Positions 1 to 13,240 are shown, numbered from the stretch's first letter. The stretch is DNA of 64,000 bases from Histomonas meleagridis 2922-C6/04-290x (GCA_020184695.1 JAANOX010000275.1:1-64000); one strand, 5' to 3'. The notes: a model not told the origin generated them from the sequence alone. Numbers and translations: made by a program.

Positions 1-637
1 ATACAAGATTTCCTAATGTTACAATTTTATGTTCTAGTAAATTCTTGAGACTTTCAAAAAAACCTTCAACTCGATTTGATGTTGTATTATCGCATATTAT
101 ACGCTTATTTTCATCTATTATTATTATGTTCGACCAATTATTTCCATTTTTCATTTGATCAAGCAATTCATCCATTTCATGGTCTCGAATGTTTTTTGAG
201 ATCTCTCTTCTTGTATTGTATAATACATCTTTCGAACAAACCAATCCTTGTTTGATGCGAATGTTATAAGCAGATAATCCTTGTAATGTTGAATCTCTGA
301 TTTTCGTTTTTTGTGTTTCGCTTAGTTGATTTCTTTCTTTTCCGTTGTATGATGCAGAAATTTCATGTGTGTGGTTTAAATCGCAAGAATCGAATTGTGC
401 TAATTGTGTTTCTGGGTTGTAAAGAATCCTAAGGCATGCATTGCAGTTATAGATTGTTCTATACTGTCTACAGCAGAAAAGTTGCATTGATCTTGATTCG
501 CCTGTTGATCTAGGAACATATCGGCACTTATATTGATCAGAAATCTCGCGCACCCGTTGAACAAGAGCATGTACATCTTCAAAGAATGCATTGTCAAGAC
601 AAGTAAATGCTTCTATGAGCTCAGGAGGAGTCTCCAT
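1..637 (-). mobile_element. Mutator (MULE)-like transposase fragment, internally deleted, runs off the window start
   Basis: Hand-translated open frame from ATG at 637 (METPPELIEAF...) with no stop before base 1, so absent from the ORF track. It has a FAR1/WRKY-like zinc finger (FCCRQY...CNACLRILY...CDLNHTHE) and the MULE C-terminal motif TTSNRVEGFFESLK; the DDE core appears missing. Confidence 0.7.
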
Positions 638-2033
638 TGCACTGATTTGGATGAAACATGATAAATCACACAAAAAGTGGCGTGTTATTTTTCTCTTTTA
701 TAATGGATGTACCCAAAAGTGGGAATAAAGCCTTCAAATTTCCTCAGAAATAGTTGCGTGTTATTAAGCGATTCTCCAAATTTTTCTCGAAGTCGCTCCA
801 TACCTATCATATATACCAGCACTCCGGTCAACAAATTTGTTGTTGTTTTTGATATACAAAATTTGTTCATTTGTTAATTTTGAAATTTTTATCTCTCCAC
901 TCAGTTTGTGTTAATGTCACTTTTATGTGAAGTAACCAATGAAATTAAATACTTTACTTGATCGAACACGATATGGGACGTTGAAAATATATACAGCCAC
1001 CTCAGAATATTTTGACGTATTCGACTTTTTGAATCGATAAAGTTTTGATAATTGGTGACCGTTTATTGACCGTTAATTTCAGCAACATTTCGATCTACAA
1101 TATAGTTCAGTAAATAAGGTTTTATAAGAATGATTAATTTTTATTCAATTGTAATTCAAAATTGATATATTTTGTACTTTAAGTGCGTAGAAAGAGTTGA
1201 TATCGAAAAAATCACGAAATGAAGCGACTGAAGGGTAATTGTATATGATAAAGCGACCGCCCGGGTTTGAGAAATATTGAATGTATCGGATTTTTACGAT
1301 AGGTTTCCTTTGCCCTTTGATTGATAAAGGGAAATTTATTGTTGTAAAAAAACGATGAAAAATTTGAATAAAAATAATACACTAAAAATTCTGAAATATA
1401 ATATCACTCATATTTTCAATGAAAATAAAATAAGCCATAAATATTTTGCATTTTTAAATAGATATGTCATGTGATCAAAATAAATTCATGATCAAAAATC
1501 GCATCACCTAAAGATAATAATAATAATGAATGAATCTCTTAAGCTTTACATTTCGTTGATATATCAAATTAATAACTTTTTACATTATAGAAAAAAGTGC
1601 AAGTTGCATGTTTTGTTGTTAAAGGAATTTCAAATATATAAATTACAGATGATTTTAAAGAAAAAAAAATATATTGAACAAATCTAGTTTTAAATTTTTT
1701 AAAAAGCTTTTATGATTTTGCATGTTCACATGATTTTGACGAATTCAGCTAATATAAATTCGACTTGACATACAAGTATATAATTTCAACTTTTTATTTA
1801 ACGAAAGTATTTTGTCTGCAAAATAATAATGTGTAACCCTGAAATGTTTGCTGTAAAATTATACTTTTCGAATGATAAACATCATGTGACGTGATTAGTT
1901 CTCAAAATCTCAATAAATATTTATGTGTTTAAAACTCAATAATTATCATACTTGATTTATGCATATTAACCATTAAATTCATGTATATCACTACTGATAG
2001 ATGATATTGGATAATATCTATATATATATTTAC

Positions 2034-2369
2034 CCTGTTAATAACAGAACGAAAAACACACTTTCGCAAATTATAGAACAAATGAATGACAAAACTTCGA
2101 CAATTATTAGCGACCAGTGGAAATCGTAAGAATACTTAGAAAGTATAGGAAGAGTTCATTTGACATTAAATCATTCAAAAAACTTTGTTGACTCAGAAAC
2201 AGGTGCCCATACACTAAAAATTGAATCTTTGTAGGCATCTGTTAAATTATGGAGAAGACATAAAGGATATAAAGATAAAAAAAAACTAGTTCAATATCTG
2301 AATAGATTTTGTCTCAGGAAAAATCATGAGAGAAGTTTCGAATACATATGGAAATCTTTGTTTAGATAA
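2034..2369 (+). mobile_element. Merlin/ISXO2 (IS1016-like) transposase pseudogene fragment
   Basis: Translates PVNNRTKNTLSQII...TIISDQWKS*EYL...HLTLNHSKNFVDSETGAHTLKIESL*ASVK, matching the ISXO2 motifs SD.W..Y, VNHS..FVDP.TG.HT..IE..W, with two in-frame stops. Confidence 0.8.
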
Positions 2370-5269
2370 ATAATTAATCTTATTAATAAACAATTTCTAA
2401 AATATTTTAAAACTTTTGGATGAATAATTTTAATTAATGTTTACTTTGGATCAAAGAAATTAATTTTTTATTTAAATCTTATCTTTTTAATTGTTTCATA
2501 ATATCGATATAGTTCTATTCCAAATTCTTAACACTTTATCATACATTTCTTTTATTTCATTTTTGTGCTACACAAATATTTATATTTTCTTTTCAATTGT
2601 GACTATTCCATTCTATTTTTATTTGCGGTTTTTTATTTGCTATTACTTTTTTTATTTCTGATTGATTTTTTTTAATTTTTTACACAATGGTTTCTTTTAA
2701 TTTGAATAATAATTCATTTTGTTATACTTTCGAAAAAATGTAAAATCCTTTTCGTTTTTCACTTCGACAACTTAAAAAATTTTTATATCATCAAAGTATA
2801 ATTGCAATATGATATAATATATCAAAAATTTGTTTGGTTAAAATTATCATTTCAGATTATCTAAATTAAAATATATAAAATAATATTTTTTTGGTAATTC
2901 TCAAAAGAAATTGTCAAACAGTGTTAATTTTTTTTTAATTTCATATTGAGAATAAATTATAAATTCATCAAAAAAGCATTGTAATTTTAGAACATTGATT
3001 AAGTTCAACATGAATACATTAAACTTAAAGAATATATATTTATTTTATAAATGACATTCTTACCAGACTAGATTGTTTTCCTGGTACCCTTTTAAATTTT
3101 TTCGTTTTGAATTAGCAATATAATTCGAAAAATGATAAAATTATTATTCAAAAAATTATTTCAAAATTAATTGGAGATTAAATAACTGAAGTAAAATAAA
3201 CATTCAAAATTTATTACATAACAACAATTTATTCATGAAAGAAATTCTAGATGCAAATTTTAGTATATATCAATAAATATTGAAACTTAAATAAATGGTT
3301 TTAATCAAATAAAGTCAATCAATAATACAATATAAAAATAATAATCAATCAAAATAGTTATCTTATTATAAATGGTATAATAGGTATAAATATAAATAGA
3401 TATTATCCAATATCATCTATCAGTAGGGATATACATGAATTTAATGGTTACTGTTTTTCATTTTGTTTTCCAATGGTTCGATTCAATGATTCTATATTTT
3501 TTTGACTTATTTTTACTAAATGCTTATTTTTTATTCATATTCTAAAAATAATAACAAGATAATTAGGTAAATCATAAAATGTTTGTAGTTATTTGAATAC
3601 CTAGATAAATAATGAAAATATTTTTATTTTTGTATTAGAAAAATTCAATAACGATATGAAATTTGATAAATAATGCGAACAGACATAGGCAAAAAATCAT
3701 GTTGTGAGATGAAGATCAATTATATATTTCTACTGTTAATCCTAATGTATTGTAATTTGATTTGACATATTTATGATAAAATGAAAATTATTATGGTTGT
3801 TAGTTTTTTATAGAAAATTATTGATAATTTATGCAATTTCTTCAAATTTCTAATTTTTAAATATTTGTTATGAAAAACCATTTTCTGTAAAAAAAAATTA
3901 TAATTTGAAAAAATATATTTCGAAATATTAATGCACATTTTTCAAAATCAATTTTATATTAACATTCAGATTACTTAAAAAAATTATACAATGAGAAAAT
4001 ATAAATATATATAAGCAATATATCGATATTCATTTTTCTATATTGCCACAATTATTTTCAAGATCTAAAATATAAACTCCAAAATTAATCTGATACAACA
4101 ATTATTCGAAACTTATTATTTTAATTTATTATTTAATTATTTAATTTATTATTTTTAATTAATATTTATACAATGATCCCCTATTATTCGTTCATCATCA
4201 TAATAAAAATTCAGCATTGATTTAAAATTATTAAAATATGTTTACTTAATTATTTTGAAGCATAATTCATGGTTTAATATACATTATTTTTTTATATGCT
4301 TTATATTTAAATTTTGCTTTGAAGTTCACATTATTCATATTTTCCTTATTATTAGTTTCGACACCCCATAGTTTAGAAACTTCCATGGGAAAGTTTCTTT
4401 TTAATTTAATAAGCATCCTTTAATGTGATATATATCTTTGGCTAATTCATATATAAAATCACATTTTTGAATATTTTGTTTGAAATAATTATATTCATCA
4501 TATGTTTTTTCAAAATAGTATACAGGTGCTTTTGAAGAAAACCAAGAATCAAATGTATTTCGACAAAATTTATGTCATTATTAAAAACTGGAAGTTCAAG
4601 ATTTTCAAAATATAAACTTGAGCATTTTATAGTATGTATGCAAGGTAATTTATAAATTCCAAATCTATTTGAATATATATCACCCCACTCACAATTCATA
4701 TAACATGTTTCACATTGAACGATTGAAGAATGTTGTGCAACTCTCTTTGAATTGCAAAGGTAGATAGAAATTCTGAAATTCCAGGAGAAATCCAAATGAA
4801 GCATTGAACTATGATTAATTATCATATACTAATAAATTTTTAATATCTGATTTTTCATATAAATATAAAAAGAAAAAACCACTTTTTGAAGAAATAATTT
4901 CTTCCAAACTTGAACATTTTGTTTTTTTAATTTGGAAGTTCATAATTCCAACAATTTGAATTAATAATTTGCCTCAAAATATGTTTTAAAATTCTATTCG
5001 GAGTATTTTTATATATTATCTTACCAATCATCCTAAGCGGATGAATTATTCTGACATTTCTTTTATAATTGTTTATTATTACTTCATCCAATAAGAACAC
5101 AAATATAAACTTTCTGGAAGAATTATCTGTTTCTTCATGAAGAAGGTCGATTATATGTTCGCAAAAAATTCGGCAGCCTATTGTTCCTGTTTAAGAGGTG
5201 TTTTGTAGATGCAATTTGAAAATTATTTGATCACATTTGAAACATGATATCATTATGTACAGAATTAGA

Positions 5270-6024
5270 TATTACGTATTTTGTTATATCAATACCTGTT
5301 ATATTAAAATACGAAAAAAATCCAAAATTAATTTTTTTTCTCCTTTTTTGAAATCTCTAAATTCGAAATGAATTGATTTAATGTCGAGATAAGAATCTAA
5401 AGCAACATCGTTTGTATCGCTAATCTCTTCTCCGATTTCAAATGATGATTGAAGAAAGTCAACAGTATTTTTGTTGGCATGTGCGTATTGTGGTTTGCCA
5501 TTCTCATCAATGATTGTCATTCTAATATCTTTATTGATCCTCGGATATATTTCTTTCATCGATGAAAGCATTAATTAGTACAAGAAAAAGTCAACTCTAC
5601 CGCGAAAACTAGAGCTATCGGAGAACAGCGATCCTTCAAAATTCATTGTGAAACTTTTTTGTCTCATTAAATTTTTTATTATTATGTGTGTATTCTGATA
5701 AACTTCTCGTGAAAATTTATGAATCTCATTTTTTAGATAATCATCTTGTTTTGCCCTATATCTTTCAAATGATGATTTATACTTCGGTTCATTATTACGA
5801 ATTGACATATTCATAAATTGCGGAAAAAAATCTACATATTCACTTCTTCCGTTATTGATTCTATATCTTAAATGTTTAAAAGTAAGTCTTTCTTTTTTTC
5901 TCGTTCGTTTCTCACTAACATTAATCGGTGCAGTATTATTTCTGTATTCGGTATTATCAGGTAGAGTATAACCATAACATTCGAACACTTCTCTAATTTC
6001 TCTTGTACTATATTTTTTAGGCAT
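5270..6024 (-). pseudogene. Probable N-terminal fragment of a Maverick protein-primed DNA polymerase B (frameshifted, truncated)
   Basis: ORFs 5575-6024 and 5299-5571 are collinear. A frameshifted continuation reads FGFFSYFNITGIDITKY, resembling the GxFFPYxNxTxIDLxxY motif recalled from Polinton-type polB N-termini. No catalytic motifs are present. Confidence 0.4.
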
Positions 6025-6112
6025 CCTTTTTATCCGTAAAAATAATAAATTATAAAAAAATTAGCTTAGTTTAGCGCAGCGTAAGCAGCACGGTCTGCTA
6101 CTTATCAATAAC

Positions 6113-6616
6113 TCATTTATCCCTCATTTTCACGGATGACTTGTAACCCTTCAAACTAATTTTACGCTCTGTCAGGAACTCTACTACATCAGCGTATGAA
6201 TAATTAGAATTATAAGTGTTTCCATCATTTTTCACATAAATTTTCAGAACATAATCATATGAGCTACTTCTACAACAACCAACTTCTCGATCTGTTTTTA
6301 GTAATTCAACTTCTTCCGTATCACATAATGATTGAATTAATTTTACTAATTCACCTTCTTCAGCAATGACGTATTTAATTACAATCAGTAGATTATTTTC
6401 TACAATATCTAAGCATAATACTAATGCCTGAATCAACATATCTATGTCATGAATTACTTTTTCGAGATTTGTAGAAGTTTCATTTGCTGTTTCAACACTC
6501 TGTTCTTTACCCACATTTTCAAGGTTATTATTATATAACCCGTCATCATTACTTGATGCTTTATTTTCATTTACTTCAGGATATTGAACAGAAATTCTAT
6601 GATTAGAATTGACCAC
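6113..6616 (-). CDS. Maverick-associated hypothetical protein (5' end frameshifted)
   Basis: 167-aa open frame within the element, with a Cys-Cys motif (EVGCCRSSSYDY); no recognised domain. Confidence 0.45.
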   Translation of the reverse strand: MVNSNHRISVQYPEVNENKASSNDDGLYNNNLENVGKEQSVETANETSTNLEKVIHDIDMLIQALVLCLDIVENNLLIVIKYVIAEEGELVKLIQSLCDTEEVELLKTDREVGCCRSSSYDYVLKIYVKNDGNTYNSNYSYADVVEFLTERKISLKGYKSSVKMRDK

Positions 6617-7114
6617 AACATTAACGTTTTGACCTTGACTTCGTTTCGGAGAATCAAGATTTTTCCCGACTTTTGCTAAAAATCCTTTCGAACATGATAA
6701 AACACTACTTCTTAATACTTACATATTTATTTGATGTTAAAAATATTTTTATTACTAATTAAATGACTAACATTCATGATTTCATTAAAGAATTAAAATT
6801 AAATAAAGTCATTACGACTAAACAATTATTTTTCATTTAGAATATATTCTTCTACGTTGAAGATCTGACAATATACGAATATGTGTGTGACATCATCATT
6901 AGTGGTAGCCCAGAATTATTAAAATGAGCGAAACGCGTAAAATTAAAATTAGTATATGATATTCATGACAACATCAATGTTAAGATTAAAAAACAATTAG
7001 CTAATACAACAAAAAGTAGATTTATCCTAATGTATAACCTTGTAAATAGTGAAATTACAATTGTTAAAGGAGAAGATAAAAATATTAGTAGATTAAATTA
7101 AATCATATTGCAGT

Positions 7115-7684
7115 TTAAATTGTGTATAGTATATTCTCTTTGTCATCATCTCTAATTCTATTTAAAGCATAGCCATCTTTATCATAAAATATCATTAATT
7201 TATTGCATGTAATACCATTCCAGATTCTGGAATATAAATTATCCAGAATAAAATGCATCTTCTTTTTCAACATAGTAATAATCAAAAAGATAATGATCGC
7301 TATATTTAAGAACTTCAATGGCTTCATCACTTATATCATCGACGTATTCTGCTTCATATCCTCCATAAATAGATCTATTTTTATGATTTTCACTAGATGT
7401 AGCTCATCTCAAATTTTCAAATAATTATCAGATATCACATGGTCTATATGATCTACTTGTGTTTTATTTTCTGGGTCATTGTTTTGAATGAAATGTAGAG
7501 CAACGATTCTATGCTTTCGATAGTATTTTCTGTTTAAACGGCATTGAACATATCAGGTGGATTTATCGATACTTATCGTGATAATTCTATTATTATCTTT
7601 TCTTCTTATTTGATGTAAATAATTAATATCAATTTCATAATCAGCATCGACTACACATTCAATCCATTCATTTTGATTCGTCAT
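7115..7684 (-). pseudogene. HNH endonuclease pseudogene
   Basis: Hand translation from ATG 7684: MTNQNEWIECVVDADYEID...KHRIVALHFIQNNDPENKTQVDHIDHVISDNY(fs)ENLR*ATSSENHKN, an HNH_3-type motif with stops and a frameshift. Confidence 0.8.
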
Positions 7685-7740
7685 TTATATAAAAATAAAA
7701 ATAAAAAAAAATAAAATCATTTTGAAATTTAACTCTAATT

Positions 7741-8990
7741 TTAACGTGCTGCTCCTGCTATGATCTGTTCTATACTTGCTGACGTTATTTCAATATGCGA
7801 ACGTCCATCCGGTTTAACTGTACTGACTTTCAATAAAGCGTCTTCGAAGCAAATTCCTGTTGGAGTTGTAACAATATATGTTACATCCTTCATAGCAGTG
7901 TCGGCGAGTCGATCACCGAATAATTCAACTTGAACAGTCTCTGTAGTAGTAGAAATACCACTCATAAAATCGAAAACTTCAGCGAATGGTAATTTAATGA
8001 AGAAGTTACTGTTATCTCGGACTTCTGACTGAGTATTTACTCCAGAAGCGTTGTACGTATTCTTATGATAATAAAATTGAACAGATGTTCTAAGATCTTT
8101 TGACATAGAACTTAAAACACTTCCGTTAATATTTACTGCATCCATAAGTATATTAATATTCCTGGGATCATCAACTGTTTCATAGCTTCATGAGGATGAA
8201 TTTTACCATCAAACTATATCTAATTCGTGGATTTAAGAAGCATGTTCTTCACAATATCGACTTTGATATAATATTGTAAACATAGTATCACAATGTTTTA
8301 ATCCTATTGTCGCATAGGAACAGATGTTGTGTTGCTTCCAAGTGGTTGAGTGAAGTCTCTTATTTGGCAAACATGTATCAGAAATAGCATCCGAACTTGA
8401 ATATATTTAGCAGCAAGTGCGTTAAACACATCCTTTATCAATAAATAAGTTGCAAGTATAATTTTAACATCTTTTGTAACTTGTGTATGACAAACAAATT
8501 GCTGTGGTACATCCATTGTTGCGTAAGTTAAAGTACCTGATCCTGAGACTTTAATGTTGCTCTTAACCGCTTCATTAATGTTTCTGAAATTAGGATCACA
8601 AAGATAATTTCCTTAGACGACTGACTTTGCCGCTGCAGATGATTCGTGATCACATACTGGCGCAATAACAATATTTTGATATAATGGCATAAGTTCAAGA
8701 GAAAGCTTTCCGCTCCAGTTTGGATAATATCTTATATTAAATAATAACAAAAAGAGATTAATAGTCGTAAAGCATTAACCATTCATATCTAGCATTATGA
8801 ATATCTTAAATTTTATCTGTATTTGAATGAACTTCGTACTGATTAAAAACATATGCTGAGCACTTATATCCAACATAATATTTTTTAAATAATGATCCTG
8901 TTTGTAGAGGAACAGTTATCGGAACTTCTTGTTATAAAGTATTAAGTAGACAAAAATGTTTTATCCTAAATATCATAGAATCGAAATAAA
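7741..8990 (-). pseudogene. Putative Maverick major-capsid-like gene remnant
   Basis: Collinear fragments (7741-8145, 8304-8516, and YPNWSGKLSLELMPLYQNIVIAPVCD near 8700) form one long disrupted gene. Capsid identity is inferred from size and context only. Confidence 0.35.
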
Positions 8991-9014
8991 GAATTTTTAT
9001 TATTTTTTTTAGGT

Positions 9015-9468
9015 TTACTTTTGATAGTAGTTACCTTTATTATCAATCACCCACTAACATCTCTCAATCCATTCGTCAAAAACTTTGGCTGAAGTTTCCT
9101 CTGGAATTTCATTCGAAATTTCTTTAATTTTTTCGTGTAATTGTACAAAATCATCAAATTTTTCTCCTTCTAGTTGATTTTTTGATAAACCAAACAAGAA
9201 AAAATCTGAAAAAGCATAATCTGGTGAATACAATGGCTGTGGAGCTTATTTAAAACCATTGTCAATCAGAAATTTGGTAAAAGCATTTGAGGTGTGGGGG
9301 AGTGCATTATCGAAGTGTTAAGTATAAGGATTTTCTTCGGGTTTTTTCTTTTGTGAGTATACAATTTATTTTAATAGGCTAATTCTATTATTGATAGAAT
9401 GACCCTTACTGCTTTCATTTCTCATGTCAGTTCGTAAGGAACCACTCATAAATAATAGCTATGGAAGC
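9015..9468 (-). mobile_element. mariner (DD34D) transposase fragment nested in the Maverick relic
   Basis: Reads *VVPYELT (WVPHEL motif), then HFDNALPH...YSPDYAFSDFFLFG with exactly 34 residues between the two Asp, and ends W.ERC*WVIDNKGNYY. Internally deleted, with stops. Confidence 0.85.
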
Positions 9469-10186
9469 CTAGTTTTTAAAGGTGATCATATATTTTAAAC
9501 TTTTCTTGCTATATAAAATATCTCTGATCAAAAAATATATCATCATACTTACGATCTTATGTAGTTCCATATATATAATTTTTATCAAAATAAAAAAGGG
9601 ATCATATTTAGGATATAACGTCTCCGTCTTCCCTATAATATAACTATTATCTAAACCAAATATTTTAAAACGATATGTGAATATGTCGACATAAGTTGTG
9701 TCATTTTTGTTAATATCTTCGACATTTCCGTAAGAAGTAGCTGCAATGTACTCATAATTGCCTGGAATGATTTCTGATGCTACAACTGACAATTCAACTG
9801 CATTATATCAGTCTTGTAAATTTCCATACATAGCATCAATTACGTTTAATTGTTGATTCTGTGGCGCAAACATTTCTAAGTGATAAAAGAATAAAATTGT
9901 CATGTATGTTTTATCATTTATTAGCCATTCTGTCTTGTTTACTCTTTATATCAATAAAATCTCCAAGATCTTTATCAAGTTTTTGTGAATATTCTAAACT
10001 ATATATAGAAGGACCATCTGACGCATACTGATATTTAGAATTTTTCGCATATAATTCATCTAGTAGTGGAGAAGGAACAATTTTATATTTTTCATTAATT
10101 GAGGTCTTTATCAATTGTAACGCTTCGGGGTGACGAGCTAAATTATTCCTAGCTTCTGTTAATTGTTCTCCCATATTTGCCAACAT
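9469..10186 (-). pseudogene. Maverick-associated hypothetical ORF fragments
   Basis: ORFs 9469-9792 and 9914-10186 lie on the same strand as neighbouring element genes; no recognised domain. Confidence 0.35.
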
Positions 10187-10721
10187 TTGTGATCTCGCTG
10201 AACCTGAAGAATTATTTTTACCCAGCGGAATAATATTACTTCATACACCGAACCTAGTGAGGTTCGAGCCTCTGGCGAGACTAACATTAGGGTTAATTGT
10301 TGAGATTCGTGAAATAATTATATGCCTAACACTTCTTTTAACAGTTATTTTATTTTTCCGGATTCTATCTTTGATTGATTTCTTAGTTATTTATTATATA
10401 GCATAAATATAAGTTCATGTTTATGTATATGTTACTCTTGAACGCCATCCTCTTTGTGCTAATCGTGGAAGGCTTATTGTAACCACCTCTAGTGTTGAGC
10501 ACTCCGTGCGAACTTCTTCTTGTTTAGCTATTGATTCCGCTTGTTGTGTAACCTTCTTCACTAGCATTAACGTCGTCATAAATGTCATTTCTCAAACGAA
10601 GTATTTTTTTTTCAATTTCTTATGCTTTCCTGTTGATTTATCTAATCGTGAATTGGATTCGATAATGTGTTACATTAATAATTGAACACTCGATTAATAA
10701 ACTTTTTCGTCAGAATTATTT

Positions 10722-11083
10722 TTAATTATTTTTTGACTTACTGTTGGAGCCTTTTTATTTTTCGCTGTGATTCTAGCACTACCATTTTTTAAGAATCGAT
10801 CAGCAATTTCTTTCCCTTTATCAACTGCTTGTTTTATTTTATCTTTAAATTTACTATCAGGTACAGCATCAACTATTCTATCTATTTCATCCGTTATCTA
10901 TTATTTTAGTTTTCTTACTGTATCAATTATTCCGGGAATTTTTGTTGCAAATTCATAACCATTTTTAACGATTGGAGATATTTTACCAGAAATTCTTACT
11001 ACTGGCTGTGATATTTTATGAACAAGTCGTCCTGCACCTTGAATAAAGTTTCTTATTTCACCGAATATTCTTCCTAATCCCAT
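10722..11083 (-). pseudogene. Small basic protein with amphipathic N-terminus, interrupted by TAA-TAG
   Basis: MGLGRIFGEIRNFIQGAGRLVHKISQ...VRKLK** continues in frame as ITDEIDRIVDAVPDSKFKDKIKQAVDKG...QKNN*. Confidence 0.55.
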
Positions 11084-11119
11084 CCAATTATATTAAAAAA
11101 TTACTTTATTGCATTAAAA

Positions 11120-12331
11120 ATGTGTGAAAACGAACAAAGTTCTGAGCGCAAGCACGACATTAATAAAACAATTGACAAAACACATTTTAAAACATGTCGA
11201 AGAGTGAAAGATATTGTCAAAAGTAAATATCCTACTGTTAAAAGTAGGAAGATTAAGAAAGTTATTAGCAAAAGATTGAAGGATAAATTTATTAAGCAAA
11301 AACAAATTAAGTCATATATGATAAAAATATTTTCTAACTGACCTGGAACTTGGTTTCATTATCGATATGATAACACACAAAATAGAAATCTACGCTATCG
11401 GGATGTATTTGTCGGAACTAATAATCGTTATGCTTATTGTTTGCCATTAGAATTCAAATCAGCAGCAGCAGTAAAGGAAACATTAACGAAGTTCATTAAT
11501 ATGTCCGATCCTGTTAAATTAACTTCAGACGAAGAACCAGCGTTTCTTGATAAAAATAATATAAAATTACTGACTGACAAAGGCGTTTCGATGCATATTG
11601 TAACAGATAGGAATCATTCAACATTAGGAATTATTGACAGATTCATTAGAACATTACGTGATATGAATACTCTCACAGAAATATCTAAACATGAGTCACA
11701 TGATGAAAAATATACATTTATTACACCAAAGCGTATGAAAAAGTATCTTAACACATATAATAGCACTTATCATACTGCTATAAGTTGTACATTAAACGAA
11801 ATGATGAAAGATCCTGAGAGAGAAAAAAGATATATATTCAGATGTTTAGAAGCAGCGGAGAATCAGCATCAAATAAAAGATTTAATTCTTCCACTTGGTG
11901 CATATGTGAGATATATACTTACGCGTCATGATGGCATAACAAAGAAGAGATATCAAATCTCCCGTGAATGTTATAAAATCGATGAGAGAAAAGTTAACAT
12001 GTACTCACTAATTGCACAAGATGGAACAGTAATGTCGATTCCAAGATTAAAATTAATTCTCTGCAGTTCTGACGGATCAAAACCTAGCAACATTAAATAT
12101 ATTTCGACGATTCCGGGTAAATGGAACGGTAATGTCGAAAAGATTTCATCATTTAATTAAAACTGAAAATACACAATACTATTTAGTGTTCCTGGCGGAA
12201 AAACGTATAAAGATACTATACATGCATCATATCTACGAGGAGCTACATCACAAATTCAATCAGAAATGGAACGAATCTTTGATCCTTACACTCTTCGGCA
12301 CGGCCGGTGGAACCGAGCGAAGAAAGAATAA
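11120..12331 (+). pseudogene. Retroviral-like (rve) integrase of Maverick type, disrupted
   Basis: Motifs TNNRYAY..P, LTSDEEPAF, HSTLGIIDRFIRTLRDM and YNSTYHTAI; stops at 11339 and 12158 plus frameshifts. Confidence 0.85.
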
Positions 12332-12444
12332 TTCAATCATCAATGATAAAACATTTGGTGGAAGTGTGGAATCAAATTTATTTTTGTCATAAATGTTATC
12401 ATACTTCCGTCCTTCTGTTTTTATCCGAAACTCCAGGATTAACT

Positions 12445-12810
12445 TCTGGCATTGAATTATGGCAAATTATTGAATGATTCTGCATCCTGCACATGTGTCT
12501 GATAGAATGACGCTTACTAAACCTACTGACATTCTTTGAATTAAGGTTTTTGGAGTTAATGGCGTTCAATTATGACTTATCTTTGAAGGATTCTATGTTA
12601 AAAGTCATACCTACACTTTTTATGTGATTTACACGTTGGAACTCATGAAAAAACAGTGTTTTCAGTGATTTTCGAAACTAATGGAATGATCATTTTTTTG
12701 TTCAGCTCTGGCGTTCAATTCTGACTCATTTTTAGAGGATTCTGCATCTGACACATGTGTCAGATAGAATGACGCTTTCTAAACCTTCAGACATTTTTTG
12801 GTTCAGCTTT
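12445..12810. repeat. Imperfect subterminal direct repeats (starts near 12445, 12561 partial, 12707) with a 20-bp palindrome
   Basis: TGGC(A/G)TT(G/C)AATT...GATTCTGCATC...CACATGTGTC.GATAGAATGACGCTT.CTAAACCT recurs; ATCTGACACATGTGTCAGAT at 12746-12765 is a perfect palindrome. Confidence 0.8.
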
Positions 12811-13014
12811 GTCATGATAAATAATAAAGATGCTGCACAACAAAACAAACATAAATGCTTGATGACTTGATGTAAAATAGTGAGTAAAACATTAGTGAGG
12901 TCATCTATGTTAAACACACCGAGCTCGCGACGAAGAAGCCGCGAAGAGTGCTGCGGAGCGAACGAGTGTGCACACGAAGTGTAACGAGTGGCATGTGTGT
13001 GTGTGTTTCTAGCT

Positions 13015-13240
13015 GTATAGCCATTAACTTCGATTTTTTTATCATCACAAATTACCCAATGTCCGAGAACATATTTTAATGTTCTGAATCAATATTTTTT
13101 CCAATATGTCAACAGATACTACATAAGCGATAAAAGGGACATCCATCAGATGTTTCTTTTAAATATTGCATAAGATCAACCCATGTTGGAATTGTTACAC
13201 TTTGATTCGATTTACTATTATTATTTATACGATTGACATT
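13015..13240 (-). pseudogene. Possible ubiquitin-specific protease (C19) His-box fragment
   Basis: Reads FYRLCSIC*HIGKKY*FRTLKYVLGHWVICDDKKI, resembling Y.L..V..H.G...GHY....W...DD..V; contains stops. Confidence 0.35.

Larger units (their letters stand above)
5260..13010. mobile_element. Degraded Maverick/Polinton-like endogenous element
   Basis: Cluster of disrupted virus-like ORFs: rve integrase, HNH endonuclease, probable polB N-terminus and capsid-like remnant, ending in subterminal repeats. Boundaries are approximate. Confidence 0.7.

Noticed and set aside
400-870. ORFs 400-597 and 685-870
   Set aside because: 400-597 is an off-frame shadow of the MULE reading frame; 685-870 has no recognisable motif.
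4442-4825. 127-aa ORF
   Set aside because: Composition typical of AT-rich non-coding DNA; no motif.
10247-10265. CGAACCT-AGTG-AGGTTCG hairpin as a terminator
   Set aside because: Short stem inside a disrupted coding frame; could be chance.
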